A DNA stretch of 64,000 bases from Nitrospirota bacterium (GTDB lineage Bacteria; Nitrospirota; UBA9217), in assembly GCA_963663225.1 (NCBI GenBank), contig OY760142.1:3104001-3168000 (forward strand), in the 5' to 3' direction. The notes under the pieces are model-generated. The model searched no databases and was not told the origin of the DNA. It was given only the letters and a program-made list of their open reading frames with translations. Position numbers and translations under genes: made by a program. Below, in pieces: positions 1 to 10,952 of the stretch (position 1 is its first letter; each line of letters opens with the position of its first letter).

Positions 1-653
1 GCAACTTCCATGCGCCTCCCGGCTGATTCATAATGCTGATAGTGACGCGCTCCATCCTTGTGTTTGTGCCAATGCATGCCTGTTGTCTGGCGGTCATACA
101 TCTGCATCCGGTACATGCCGACATTCGTAATTTTTGAAACGGGGTCGACGGTACAAACCATTGGAAGGGTAATGAATTTTCCGCCATCGCCGGGCCAGCA
201 TGTGAGTATTGGTATTTTAGAAAGATCAACCTGGTCCCCTGTCAAGACTACCTCCTGACAGGAAGCTTTCCGGACTGTTTTAGGAAAAAACTTCGCGAGT
301 TCAGAAAGTTTCGGCAGAATCTGAAGCTTATCCATGATTCCCGCATCCGGGCCCGGAAAAAGGCCGGTCGGATCCACCAGCTCTTTTATTCTCAATCCGA
401 TTTCATCCAGATTGTCGACCTCAAGCGCGAGACATATTCGCTTCATGGACCCAAAGGCATTGGTCAATACCGGAAAAGAGACCCCTTTCACCCGTTCGAA
501 CAAAAGCGCTTTATTTTCAGCGCCCTTCTGTTTTGAAACGCGGTCCGTAATTTCCGCAATTTCCAGAGTTGGATCAACTTCGGCAGTTACTCTGAATAGT
601 TCCTTGTTTTTCTCAAGGATATTGATATATTCTCTTAAAGATTCGTATGCCAT
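1..653 (-). CDS. ubiD: UbiD-family decarboxylase (menaquinone-pathway type); 3' end runs off the window
   Basis: Manual translation from ATG at 653: MAYESLREYINILEKNKELFRVTAEVDPTLEIAEITDRV...WPGDGGKFITLP...NVGMYRMQ...MHWHKHKDGA, typical UbiD motifs. Absent from the ORF track because it has no stop in the window. Confidence 0.85.
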   Translation of the reverse strand, partial: MAYESLREYINILEKNKELFRVTAEVDPTLEIAEITDRVSKQKGAENKALLFERVKGVSFPVLTNAFGSMKRICLALEVDNLDEIGLRIKELVDPTGLFPGPDAGIMDKLQILPKLSELAKFFPKTVRKASCQEVVLTGDQVDLSKIPILTCWPGDGGKFITLPMVCTVDPVSKITNVGMYRMQMYDRQTTGMHWHKHKDGARHYQHYESAGRRMEV

Positions 654-692
654 GGATTTTTGATTGTAGCCAAATCAGGATTGTTTTGCAAT

Positions 693-2072
693 CTAAAATT
701 CCCGGTGAGTCTGCAGAGCTTCATATTTCTGGAGGCGATGCCTGAATGACCTGAAAGAAAGCCCAAGAAGCTTTGCTGCTTCTGTTTTTACTCCTCCGGC
801 CTTTTTTAAAGCTTTTGTGAGAAGCGTGTTTTCCACATGTTCCAACAATTTCTCCAGATCAATGCCTGAATCAGGGATTTCAGAAGGAAGTATTTCGGAA
901 GTGGATTGCAGATTTCTGAGAGTATCGGGTATATGTTCCGGACGGATTGTATCCTCTGAAGTTAATATTGCCAGGCGCTCCACGGTGTTTTCGAGTTCCC
1001 GGACATTGCCCGGCCACCGATAGCTCAGAAGGTGTTTCAGAGTTTCAGGGGCCAAAACCTTAGGCATTTTGGAGCCTGAAACTTTTTTAAGAAAATAGTC
1101 CGTCAGAAGAGGAATATCTTCCTTTCTTTCTCGAAGGGGCGGGAGATACACAGGCAGTACGTTTAATCGGTAGTAAAGATCTTCCCGAAATGCACCTTTT
1201 GAAACTTCCTCAAGGAGATCTTTGTTGCTTGCCGCAATGACTCGAACGTCCACCTTAATGGTCGTTGTCCCGCCGACGCGCATAAACTCTTTGTCCTGCA
1301 GAACACGCAGCAATTTCACCTGCAGTGCGGCTGTGGTAGAACTGATTTCGTCAAGAAAAATAGTACCGCCGTTGGCAGCCTCAAAAAGCCCCTGTTTGTT
1401 CGAAATCGCCCCCGTAAAAGCCCCCTTCATATATCCAAAAAGTTCACTTTCCAGGAGTGTTTCCGGCAGAGCACCGCAGTTAACCGTCACAAAAGGTCTG
1501 TCTTTTCTGAGACTGTTGAAATGGATGGCTTTCGCCACCAGTTCTTTCCCAGTGCCGCTTTCTCCCATAATCAGCACCGTTCCTGCGGTATCAGCGATTT
1601 GCCTGATCAGAGCGAATACTTTCTGCATGGCTTCGCTCTTTCCGATGAAGTTTTCGAAACCTGCCCGCGATTTTATCTCGCGCTTTAAAAGAATGTTTTC
1701 TTTTCTTAAAAAACGTTTTTCGAGCGCTTTTTGAATAATCAGCTTGATCTCGTCTATTTTGAATGGCTTCATAATATAATCATAGGCGCCGAGTTTCATG
1801 GCTTCGACTGCAGTTTCCGCAGTGGCAAAGGCAGTGATCATAATTACGATAGTATCTGATGAGACCTCCTTGATTGCTTTCAGGAGGCCGATGCCGTCCA
1901 GACCAGGCATTTTTACGTCGGTTATGACCAGATCAAATATTTCCGACTGCACTGCTTTGAGCGCGTCTACGCCGTTTTCTGCCGTGATAACCTCATGGCC
2001 TTCTTTTTTGAGCATGATCGCCAGAAAATCGCGCATGCTCTGTTCGTCATCAATAACAAGTATTTTATTCAT
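693..2072 (-). CDS. pilR: Sigma54-dependent response regulator PilR
   Basis: Receiver domain, GESGTGKE, GAFTGA, WPGNVREL, C-terminal Fis-type HTH; directly downstream of pilS/pilC. Confidence 0.9.
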   Translation of the reverse strand: MNKILVIDDEQSMRDFLAIMLKKEGHEVITAENGVDALKAVQSEIFDLVITDVKMPGLDGIGLLKAIKEVSSDTIVIMITAFATAETAVEAMKLGAYDYIMKPFKIDEIKLIIQKALEKRFLRKENILLKREIKSRAGFENFIGKSEAMQKVFALIRQIADTAGTVLIMGESGTGKELVAKAIHFNSLRKDRPFVTVNCGALPETLLESELFGYMKGAFTGAISNKQGLFEAANGGTIFLDEISSTTAALQVKLLRVLQDKEFMRVGGTTTIKVDVRVIAASNKDLLEEVSKGAFREDLYYRLNVLPVYLPPLRERKEDIPLLTDYFLKKVSGSKMPKVLAPETLKHLLSYRWPGNVRELENTVERLAILTSEDTIRPEHIPDTLRNLQSTSEILPSEIPDSGIDLEKLLEHVENTLLTKALKKAGGVKTEAAKLLGLSFRSFRHRLQKYEALQTHREF

Positions 2073-3766
2073 AGTATATGCTCATCACCGATGCTTTTTT
2101 TAGCATATGGCAACTTTTCTGCCTCGGATGCGGCAGCAAACTCATCCAACATCGGAATGACAATTTTAAATTGCGTTCCTTTTCCCTGCACGCTATCCAC
2201 GGTGATCGTTCCTCCGTGATCTTCAATAATACGATAAACAATGGCAAGGCCTAAACCGGTACCTCCTGTTTTTGTCGTAAAGAACGGGTCGAAAATTTTG
2301 TCAAGAAACGCTCGCCCTATTCCCATGCCTGTATCTGAAATAATAATTTCACATATTTTCGAAGACAAAGAGATAGCTGAAACCATTATTTTCCCGCCGT
2401 TCGGCATAGCATGGCACGCATTCATCAGAAGGTTCCAAAACACCTGGCGGAGGCGTTGTGCATCTCCATCCACGACGATATGTGGATCAACTTTGCAATC
2501 GATATGAATATTTTCTGAAAAATCTCTGCTGTTTTTCAGCAGCATAATGGTTTCTTCAAATATCGGCAGTAGTTCTACCGGTTCGGTCTGTGATGTTTTT
2601 GCGCGCGCATATTCCAGAAATTCGGTTATAATTTCATTAAGGCGGTCGGTTTCCTTGACCACGATATTCATAAGCCTTTTGTTGTCCCCCTGAAGATCAA
2701 GTTCTCCCTGAAGCATCTGGATTGAACCGCTGAGTGATGCGAGAGGATTGCGGATTTCATGCGCAATGCCTGCTGCAAGACTGCCGACTGTCGCCAGTCT
2801 TTCCTGCCGCCTGACCTGTTCCTCCATTTCAATAATTTTGGTGATATCCTGGAAAACAAGAATAATGCCACGTACGGTATCTGCTTCATCCTTGAGAAGG
2901 GATGCCGTCATCCCGAGGATAGCGGCGGTGCCATTTTTTTTCATAATCTGCCCGTCAAAACGAAATGGCCGTTCTTTGAGCGCATCCGTATGGCCGAAAA
3001 TTCCCTTCATGGTGTCACCGAAAACTTCTTTCCAGCAATTGCGTATTTCTTCAAACGTATAGCCGGTAATCTGTTCCGCAGCAGGATTCCAAGACGCTAT
3101 TTTGCCCTGCAAATCCATGGTAAATACACCACTCCCAACGCTTCGTAAAATGTGCTCCTGAAGAAATCTGAGATCATCAAAATCTACACTCTTCTTATGG
3201 AGTTCCTGACTTGTTTTTCGAAGTCGTTCAGCAAGAGCTCCGCTTAGAAATGCCACGATATAAAACGAAAAGATGCTGATAAAAACATGATACAACACCT
3301 GCACGGCTGTAAAATTCGGACTCCTGACAAAACCGGCGATGTTATAAAATTGCATATCAAGCATTGCGCCGTATAAAATGCTCGACAGTGAAGCAGCTAG
3401 ATAGCCGCCTCTCCGATAGAGAATAGTGCTTGCTGAAATAATCACTAATAAATACAGCAATGAAAAACCGCTATCAATACCGCCGGTAATGTGCGTAAGA
3501 ACGGTTATGAGAAGGATATCGCCTGACATTTGCAGATAAGCGAGGAAAGGAAGATTTGCTATTTTTTTCAGGAGGTACGCATAGAGGGCTGTCAGGCCGT
3601 AGGTAATCAGAAGGAAATAGTATAAGTAATCGGTATTAAATGAGTAGATCCTGTAATGCCCTTGGAAAAAAATAAGAGATCCGACCAAAAGAGTCGAGAG
3701 CACTACTCTGCTCAAAATAAGCCATTTTATGCGGACAGAGTATTCTTCTCTTGAAAATTCTTGCAC
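2069..3766 (-). CDS. pilS: Sensor histidine kinase PilS
   Basis: Multi-TM N-terminus, PAS, AHEIRNPL H-box, DTGMGI / FFTTK / GTGLGL boxes; overlaps pilR start. Confidence 0.9.
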   Translation of the reverse strand: MQEFSREEYSVRIKWLILSRVVLSTLLVGSLIFFQGHYRIYSFNTDYLYYFLLITYGLTALYAYLLKKIANLPFLAYLQMSGDILLITVLTHITGGIDSGFSLLYLLVIISASTILYRRGGYLAASLSSILYGAMLDMQFYNIAGFVRSPNFTAVQVLYHVFISIFSFYIVAFLSGALAERLRKTSQELHKKSVDFDDLRFLQEHILRSVGSGVFTMDLQGKIASWNPAAEQITGYTFEEIRNCWKEVFGDTMKGIFGHTDALKERPFRFDGQIMKKNGTAAILGMTASLLKDEADTVRGIILVFQDITKIIEMEEQVRRQERLATVGSLAAGIAHEIRNPLASLSGSIQMLQGELDLQGDNKRLMNIVVKETDRLNEIITEFLEYARAKTSQTEPVELLPIFEETIMLLKNSRDFSENIHIDCKVDPHIVVDGDAQRLRQVFWNLLMNACHAMPNGGKIMVSAISLSSKICEIIISDTGMGIGRAFLDKIFDPFFTTKTGGTGLGLAIVYRIIEDHGGTITVDSVQGKGTQFKIVIPMLDEFAAASEAEKLPYAKKSIGDEHIL

Positions 3767-3890
3767 GAAGATCCCTTTATTTCAAAAGAAAAAAGCTGAT
3801 TTCACCAACTGAAGAAAAATTATAGAGGTCTACAGATTAATCAATAACCACCAAAAGAACAGTTTGTATACTATTGTGTATATTTTTTCT

Positions 3891-5105
3891 TTATTTACCC
3901 GCCAATGCACCCATCTGGAATATCGGCATGTACATGGCTACAATCACAAATCCAACTGTTATGCCCAAAAAAATCATAAGCATGGGTTCCAACAGAGAAG
4001 TAAGTGTCGCCACCGCGGAATCCACTTCATCATCATAAAAATCTGCAATCTTGTTTAGCATGTTATCCAAAGCTCCGGTTGCTTCTCCAACGGCAATCAT
4101 CTGGGTAACCATTGCAGGAAATATTTTTGACTTACCAAGTGGCTCTGCGAGCGTTTTACCTTCGCTTACGCTCTGTCTGGTGGAAACAATTGCATTCTCC
4201 ACAATTTTATTGCCTGCTGTCCGGGATACGATCAGCAATCCTTCGAGAATAGGTACACCACTCGTCATCAACGTGCCGAGCGTACGGGTAAATTTCGCCA
4301 CAGACACTTTCTGTATTAAATCACCAAAAACAGGCACTTTCAATGCAATACTATCCGTCATGATCAAACCTTTAGTTGTTTTTCTGAATTGTCTGAGTCC
4401 TACAAAAAAACCGATGATAGCTATCAATAAAGCAAGACCGCCCCATCCCTTGAGGAAATTACTGATGCCAATCACAATACGCGTGGGCAACGGCAAAGCC
4501 TGACCCATATCAGCAAACATGCCGGCCAGCATGGGAACCACTACGATCATAAGAAGCGTCACAACAGCCACTGCGACAAATAAAATGACCGCAGGATAGA
4601 TCATTGCCGACTTTACCTGGCTTTTTATCTTGGCGAATTTTTCCATATACGCTGCAAGCCGCTGCAAAATGGTATCAAGAATACCACCGGCCTCGCCTGC
4701 TGCAACCATGTTAACATAAAGATTGTCAAATACTTTGGGATGTTTTTTGAGTGCCTCTGCAAAAGTGGCACCGCTCTCAACGTCTGACCTGACTTGAGTA
4801 ATGACTTTTGCAAGTGCCTTACTATCGGTCTGGCTGCCCAGAATATCAAGGCATTGCACGAGCGGCAAGCCTGCATCAATCATAGTGGCAAGCTGACGGG
4901 TAAGAATTACTACATCTTTGTCGGTAACTTTCTTTTCGCCGAATTTTAATTTAAGTTCCTTTGGTTTGGCAGCCACATTGATTGGCAGAATGTTCTGCTT
5001 GCGAAGGAGGGCGATAACATCTTCTTTGCTGTTTGCCGCAAGCTCGCCTTTTTGCACCGTACCCTGGCGTGTTTTTCCTTCCCATATATATACACTTGTA
5101 GCCAT
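3891..5105 (-). CDS. pilC: Type IV pilus platform protein PilC
   Basis: T2SS-F family motifs TRQLATMIDAGLPL, AGEAGGILD, MYMPIF. Confidence 0.95.
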   Translation of the reverse strand: MATSVYIWEGKTRQGTVQKGELAANSKEDVIALLRKQNILPINVAAKPKELKLKFGEKKVTDKDVVILTRQLATMIDAGLPLVQCLDILGSQTDSKALAKVITQVRSDVESGATFAEALKKHPKVFDNLYVNMVAAGEAGGILDTILQRLAAYMEKFAKIKSQVKSAMIYPAVILFVAVAVVTLLMIVVVPMLAGMFADMGQALPLPTRIVIGISNFLKGWGGLALLIAIIGFFVGLRQFRKTTKGLIMTDSIALKVPVFGDLIQKVSVAKFTRTLGTLMTSGVPILEGLLIVSRTAGNKIVENAIVSTRQSVSEGKTLAEPLGKSKIFPAMVTQMIAVGEATGALDNMLNKIADFYDDEVDSAVATLTSLLEPMLMIFLGITVGFVIVAMYMPIFQMGALAGK

Positions 5106-5164
5106 TTATTACCTCCGTCAGATGATCAGCTGAATACTGTCATGGCTTTTCAAGACTTTTTATG

Positions 5165-6268
5165 CTAGCGATATTCCTTCTGAGCGGTCTGTCCAGCTGC
5201 GAGCCCGGAGCGTCCAAGTATCTGAAGAAGTTCATCGACATTTGAAGACCGTCCGACACAATCTTCATACGAAATCATTTTTTTGAGGTAGAGATCATAG
5301 AGCGATTGGTTCAGTGTTTGCATGCCGAATTTTGCCTGACCTGTCTGCATACTGGAATAAATTTGCTGAATTTTATCTTCCCGGATCAGATTGCGGATTG
5401 CGGCATTCGGAATCATAATTTCGAGCGCAACCACTCTGCCGCCGCCTATTTTTGTGATAAGCTGCTGGGAAATGACGCCTTCAAGCACAAAAGAAAGCTG
5501 CGCTCTGACCTGAGATTGCTGGTGCGGTGGGAACACATCGATAATGCGGTTCATAGTTTGGGCGGCAGAATTCGTATGCAGCGTTGCAAAGGTAAGGTGG
5601 CCAGTTTCGGCGATAGTCAACGCCGCTTCAATGGTTTCCAAATCCCGCATTTCGCCCACCAGCACTACATCGGGATCCTGTCGAAGAATATATTTCAGTG
5701 CATCTTTAAATGACTTGGTATCTGCGTTTACCTCGCGCTGATTAACCAGACATTTTTTGTGGGGATGAAGATATTCAATGGGGTCTTCTATCGTTATGAT
5801 ATGCTCCTGGCGTTCGCTGTTGATTTTGTCAATCATCGATGCAAGCGTGGTTGATTTTCCGCTGCCGGTCGGGCCGGTGACCAGGATCAATCCCCGGGGT
5901 TTTTTGCAGAGATCAGAAACTACTTCCGGAAGGCCCAATTCATGGAATGTTCTGATTTTGAATGGAATCGTCCTGATGGCGGCAGCGACAGCGCCGCGTT
6001 GTACAAATATGTTCGCGCGAAATCGGGACAGGTTTTTAACGCCAAAAGAAAGATCAAGTTCATTGTTTTCTTCGAATTTATGTTTTTGCGCGTCGGTAAG
6101 AATGCTGTAGCAAAGGTCTTTGGTTTGGGTGGCAGTGAGAGGTTCTAATCCGGGCACCGGCTTCATTTTGCCGTCGATGCGTATTGACGGCGCAATGCCG
6201 GTGGTAATATGCAGATCTGAAGCACCTTTTTCTATCATATACTTGAGCAGGTCGTGCAAATTTGCCAT
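5165..6268 (-). CDS. pilT: Type IV pilus retraction ATPase PilT
   Basis: GPTGSGKSTT, TIEDPIE, RQDPDVVLVGEMRD, AIRNLIRE. Confidence 0.95.
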   Translation of the reverse strand: MANLHDLLKYMIEKGASDLHITTGIAPSIRIDGKMKPVPGLEPLTATQTKDLCYSILTDAQKHKFEENNELDLSFGVKNLSRFRANIFVQRGAVAAAIRTIPFKIRTFHELGLPEVVSDLCKKPRGLILVTGPTGSGKSTTLASMIDKINSERQEHIITIEDPIEYLHPHKKCLVNQREVNADTKSFKDALKYILRQDPDVVLVGEMRDLETIEAALTIAETGHLTFATLHTNSAAQTMNRIIDVFPPHQQSQVRAQLSFVLEGVISQQLITKIGGGRVVALEIMIPNAAIRNLIREDKIQQIYSSMQTGQAKFGMQTLNQSLYDLYLKKMISYEDCVGRSSNVDELLQILGRSGLAAGQTAQKEYR

Positions 6269-6322
6269 ATCTGTGGCCCCTTCATAACTTGAAATAGATA
6301 ACTATATACTGTACTGCCAGCG

Positions 6323-8164
6323 CTAATTATCCGGAAAAGTATTTTCTACAACTTCTTCAAGCGAGGTAAGACCGGCTTTTACTTTCAGAAGTCCGCTTTT
6401 CCGGAGCGTTTTCATGCCAAGACTTACTGAAAGCTTTTTAATATCCATTACTGAAGCACCTTGCAAAATCAGCTCTTTTATTTCATCCTTGACCGGCATC
6501 ACCTCATAGAGCGCCACCCTGCCCTTATAGCCGGTCTGGTTGCAGACTTCGCAGCCCGAGCCTTTATAGCTTACAACCCCGGTTGCTTCTTCCGGTGTGA
6601 ATCCGGCATCGATAAACGTCTGGGCCGGCAATTTTTCCGGTTTTTTGCAGTTCTGGCATGTTTTTCGCACAAGCCGTTGTGCCATGATGCAGATGACAGC
6701 GGATGAAACGAGGAAAGGCTCCACTCCCATATTCAGGAGCCGGTTGATGGTACTCGGGGCATCATTCGTGTGCAATGTGGAAAGCACCAGATGGCCGGTA
6801 AGCGCCGCCTTGACGCCGATTTCTGCCGTTTCATAGTCGCGGATTTCACCCACCATGATGATGTCCGGATCCTGCCGCAGAAAAGATCGGAGCGCAGCCG
6901 CAAAATTGAGACCGATTTCATCCTTCATCTGCACCTGGTTGATGCCCATCAGGTTGAATTCGACGGGATCTTCTGCAGTCATAAGATTCACGTCATCTTT
7001 ATTCAGCTCGGAAAGCGCCGAGTACAGTGTGGTGGTTTTTCCGCTTCCGGTCGGCCCCGTAACCAGAACCATTCCAAACGGTTTATTGATGGCATCTTTA
7101 AAATCCTTGAGCTGGTCCGGATCAAAACCAAGCTTGGTCATATCGAGCTGGAGATTGGATTTGTCAAGAAGCCGCAGGACGATTTTTTCACCAAACAGCG
7201 TGGGAAGCACGGAAACACGGAAATCCATTGTTTTCGACTTCCCCATTTTCAGTTTGATTCTGCCGTCCTGGGGAAGCCGCCGTTCGGCGATATCAAGCTG
7301 AGACATGATCTTGACGCGGGATATGATGGCATTCTTGATTTTCATGGGCAATCCCATGACCGTTGTGAGAACGCCGTCAAGCCGGTACCGGACCCTGAAT
7401 TTCTTTTCGTAGGGCTCGATGTGAATATCGCTCACACCCATTTTAGCCGCCCGGAGCAAAACACCATTGACCAGTTTCACAATAGGAGCTTCGACTTCCC
7501 CTGACAGGGCATCAAGTTTTTCATCCTCGACGACTTCCAAATCTTCAACCGCGCCGTGTACCAGGTCATCGAAATCGTCCACATCCACTACGCCGCCGGT
7601 GTCTATGTCGTCGATAAATTCATTTCCCATCTGGGATTCATCAAGTTCATAGTCCTTCACATCCACAGCAAGCTTCTGGTCCTGTTTCGAAGTCGGCAGC
7701 GAGCCTCCCGCCTTCGACGCAACAAGAGATTTCGCACCGCCGTAATATTTTTTGATCGCATCAATAATGGCGCCTTCTGTGGCCACTACTGCTTCCACAT
7801 TGTATCCGGTCATGAACTTGATGTCGTCGATTGCGAATATATTGGAAGGGTCCACCATGGCGATCGTAATGGTGGAGCCTGCTCTATTGATGGGCATAAT
7901 GCGGTATTTTTGTGCAACTTCGGTGGGAATATGCTTGATAACGGCCGGGTTAATTTCAAATTTGTTCAGGTCAACATAGGGAACGCCATACTGCTTGCTC
8001 AAAAACGTCATCAGTTTATCTTCTTGCACAAAGCCAAGCTTTACCAGAATGGTGCCAAGCCTGCCGCCCTCGCTTTTCTGTGAGGACAATGCTTTTTTCA
8101 ACTGATCATCAGTAATGAGGCCCGATGATACGAGCATCGAACCAAGTCTTCCTGACATTGACAT
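6323..8164 (-). CDS. pilB: Type IV pilus extension ATPase PilB with N-terminal MshEN c-di-GMP-binding domain
   Basis: Walker A GPTGSGKTTT, RQDPDIIMVGEIRD, tetracysteine motif; two RLGxxLVxxG(L/F)(I/V)xxxxLxxxLxxQ motifs at aa 6-58. Confidence 0.95.
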   Translation of the reverse strand: MSMSGRLGSMLVSSGLITDDQLKKALSSQKSEGGRLGTILVKLGFVQEDKLMTFLSKQYGVPYVDLNKFEINPAVIKHIPTEVAQKYRIMPINRAGSTITIAMVDPSNIFAIDDIKFMTGYNVEAVVATEGAIIDAIKKYYGGAKSLVASKAGGSLPTSKQDQKLAVDVKDYELDESQMGNEFIDDIDTGGVVDVDDFDDLVHGAVEDLEVVEDEKLDALSGEVEAPIVKLVNGVLLRAAKMGVSDIHIEPYEKKFRVRYRLDGVLTTVMGLPMKIKNAIISRVKIMSQLDIAERRLPQDGRIKLKMGKSKTMDFRVSVLPTLFGEKIVLRLLDKSNLQLDMTKLGFDPDQLKDFKDAINKPFGMVLVTGPTGSGKTTTLYSALSELNKDDVNLMTAEDPVEFNLMGINQVQMKDEIGLNFAAALRSFLRQDPDIIMVGEIRDYETAEIGVKAALTGHLVLSTLHTNDAPSTINRLLNMGVEPFLVSSAVICIMAQRLVRKTCQNCKKPEKLPAQTFIDAGFTPEEATGVVSYKGSGCEVCNQTGYKGRVALYEVMPVKDEIKELILQGASVMDIKKLSVSLGMKTLRKSGLLKVKAGLTSLEEVVENTFPDN

Positions 8165-8275
8165 ATAAGAGCTCCTTCTTTCTATAAGAGAAGACGTATC
8201 TTGTTCATATTACTTGAATATTATATCGCTGTCAAGATGTCACGCAGGTTCTTTTCGGGTGTTTTGTGACGTACG

Positions 8276-9121
8276 TCACTTCATCTGGCCTGCTAGCGCA
8301 CTTTTCATGACCGACACGGGCGCTTTCCTGCCTGTCCATATCTCGAAGGCAATCACTCCCTGATATAAAAGCATTCCAATCCCGGAAAGTCTTCCGGCAC
8401 CACGAATCTTCGCTTCTTTCAAAAGCCTCGTTTCAACAGGATTATAGACAAGATCACAGACAAGATGTTTCTTCTGAATATGATCCTTGTGGATGGGCAA
8501 GGGGTCTGTCATTTTCAAACCAAGCGGAGTGGCATTAATAATACAGTCGGCCTCTTTCGCGTGCAATGCCAGCATGGTATCGGAAATTGACATCGTATCA
8601 ACGCCGGTCCCCTTCCGGATATCGCGGGCAAGGGCTTCCGCCCTTTTTGAATCTATATCTCTCAACACGATTTTTTTCGCGCAGGCAAGTGCCAGACTGA
8701 AGGCCACGGCACGGGCCGCCCCGCCGGACCCGATAAAAAGAAATGTTTTCCCTTTCGGATTGAATCGTGCATCTTCTTTCAGAGACCGCAAAAAACCCCT
8801 GCCGTCCGTATTGTGTCCGATCAGCTTCCCACCTTTTACTTCTATCGTGTTCACTGCCTTGATTAGTTGTGCCTCCTGTGAGAGTTCATCAAGATGTGCA
8901 ATAACACGCTCTTTATGAGGCACGGTTATGTTCAGTCCCCGGACACCAAGCGACACGACAGATCTCATCGCGTTCTTTAAATGTTCCGGCTTCACCGCGA
9001 ACGGCACGTAGCACGCATCGAGACGGAGTTTTTCGAATGCTGCGTTGTGCATCTCCGGCGAAAACGTGTGCTCTACCGGATACCCGAAGATTCCATACAG
9101 GGCTGTTGTTCCGGATATCAT
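8276..9121 (-). CDS. aroE: Shikimate dehydrogenase
   Basis: HTFSPEMHN, NITVPHKE, AVNT, NTDG, GSGGAARA, DLVYNP, GMLLYQG. Confidence 0.93.
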   Translation of the reverse strand: MISGTTALYGIFGYPVEHTFSPEMHNAAFEKLRLDACYVPFAVKPEHLKNAMRSVVSLGVRGLNITVPHKERVIAHLDELSQEAQLIKAVNTIEVKGGKLIGHNTDGRGFLRSLKEDARFNPKGKTFLFIGSGGAARAVAFSLALACAKKIVLRDIDSKRAEALARDIRKGTGVDTMSISDTMLALHAKEADCIINATPLGLKMTDPLPIHKDHIQKKHLVCDLVYNPVETRLLKEAKIRGAGRLSGIGMLLYQGVIAFEIWTGRKAPVSVMKSALAGQMK

Positions 9122-10413
9122 GATCGTTGTCCTCCCAGGCTGCGCAACAACGTTATCATATGGCTGTATCCATCCACCTTCACAACCCTCGTTGCAAGCC
9201 GTTGTGATAAAAGATCAAGGCTCATGCCATCAAGAAAAATATCTTCATCTTCCTTGAGTGCCTCCGAAGGAACCATAACCAGGCCACCCAGTTGTTTTCC
9301 TTTCAAAGTTCGAAGGATGTCCTGTCCCGTCAGAAGTCCTGCGACCGTCACCGACGGACCGAAAAAACCGTTCGGCACAACGATCTGCCTGACAGCAGCG
9401 CCCTTGATATTCCGTAACCGTTTTAAAACTGTTTTGAGTATGGTGCCGAAAGACACACTGGTTACTACCGAAGCCTTTAGGGGCGGCAGCATCTTCGGCA
9501 ATCTGGTACGGGACACTTCACGCAAGAAACCTGCGACCATCCCCACACCGTTCTCAATCTGGGGAAAATCTTCATAAAACGATGCGGAAGGTACGGGCTC
9601 TCCTGCCTTCAGATAAAACTCATCAGCCGGAAAAACAAGCCGGGTCCCATATACCTTTTTGAAGCGCGTCCCGATCGGAATGATGTTTTTCAGAATTTCG
9701 CGGGCTTCCGGTCTGGTAAATGTCCGAAGTTGAAAAAGCTTCCTTCTGAAAGCAGTAAGTCCGACCGGCACCACCGCGATGGAAGAAACGGCCGGAAACA
9801 GACTGGACAAGTCCTCGATCGTCTTGAGCAGGTGGCGTCCGTCGTTGATGCCGGGACAGAGCACAATCTGCGTATGCATCCGGATACCGCCCGCGGCCAA
9901 ACGGTGCAGACATGACATAATATCGGGGGCATTTTTATTGCCGAGCATGAACGACCGGAGTTGTGGATCCGTCGTATGGATGGAAATATAAAGCGGCGTC
10001 AACCGAAGACGAAAAATTCGCTCCCAATCTTCCTCGGAAAGTGCACTTAACGTAATATAATTGCCGTACAGAAAAGAAGCGCGGTAGTCCTCGTCTTTAA
10101 CATACAGACTCTTACGGCAGCCCTTGGGCATTTGATCGACAAAACAGAAAATGCAACGGTTTTTACACCGTTTCATGCGAAAGGAAGTGCATTCAATCCC
10201 GATGTCGTCATCGGGATCTTTGTGAATGGAAAGAAACCTGGTCTCGCCATCGGGACGGCGAACCTGAAGCGCCACCTGTTCATCAGCGGCTAAAAAACGG
10301 TAATCAATGACGTCATCAACGTTCTGGCCATTGACCGAAACAATGCTGTCCCCTCTGTGCAGCCCCAAACCGGCGGCAATGCTGCCGGGCAGGATGTCTG
10401 CGATTTCGAGCAA
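9118..10413 (-). CDS. PDZ + radical SAM (DUF512) Fe-S protein
   Basis: N-terminal PDZ-like segment, CKNRCIFC, QIENGVG, VAGLLTGQD. Confidence 0.85.
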   Translation of the reverse strand: MLEIADILPGSIAAGLGLHRGDSIVSVNGQNVDDVIDYRFLAADEQVALQVRRPDGETRFLSIHKDPDDDIGIECTSFRMKRCKNRCIFCFVDQMPKGCRKSLYVKDEDYRASFLYGNYITLSALSEEDWERIFRLRLTPLYISIHTTDPQLRSFMLGNKNAPDIMSCLHRLAAGGIRMHTQIVLCPGINDGRHLLKTIEDLSSLFPAVSSIAVVPVGLTAFRRKLFQLRTFTRPEAREILKNIIPIGTRFKKVYGTRLVFPADEFYLKAGEPVPSASFYEDFPQIENGVGMVAGFLREVSRTRLPKMLPPLKASVVTSVSFGTILKTVLKRLRNIKGAAVRQIVVPNGFFGPSVTVAGLLTGQDILRTLKGKQLGGLVMVPSEALKEDEDIFLDGMSLDLLSQRLATRVVKVDGYSHMITLLRSLGGQRS

Positions 10414-10848
10414 TCAGGCGCTCCTCTTGGAGGCGAACATGAAGTCAACGTATCCTGTTATCTGCACCCGTGCTTCATCAGATACCTGCCGGAATTTTCT
10501 GAGCATCATGATTTCGTCAATGCTCAAAATCTTTTCCAGATAATTGATCTGCTCTTCAGAAAGAGGGTATTTTCGTTTGCCCCGTTTGATCTTGGCCTGC
10601 GAAGGGGAAAGAAAGAATCCCTTGACCTCGTCAGGCACCTTTTCCTGATGTGCCGCGAGAATGAGAACGGATTTATCAAGCCCGAGTTTGGTTGCAATCA
10701 TGATCAGCGTTTTGTCTTTTGGTATATGTCCCTTATTGATGGTAACCCGAAGAAGTTCCGGACTGATCCCGAGGACCTTGGATGCATCTTTAAGGTTTTT
10801 AAATCCCTTTTTCTCCAGCGCTTGCCTGATCATTTCTGATATTTTCAT
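10414..10848 (-). CDS. HTH-type DNA-binding protein
   Basis: Xre-like N-terminus (LKDASKVLGISPELLRVTINKGHIP); in operon with the DUF512 gene. Confidence 0.6.
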   Translation of the reverse strand: MKISEMIRQALEKKGFKNLKDASKVLGISPELLRVTINKGHIPKDKTLIMIATKLGLDKSVLILAAHQEKVPDEVKGFFLSPSQAKIKRGKRKYPLSEEQINYLEKILSIDEIMMLRKFRQVSDEARVQITGYVDFMFASKRSA

Positions 10849-10952
10849 TTGCGGCCTCCAAGAGAAATAACATTCTAAAATTGTGTCTCATAGCATACAT
10901 ACAACGAGGAGTGATCATTAATTGTCACAATAAAAACAGTATTTTGTTCTTT

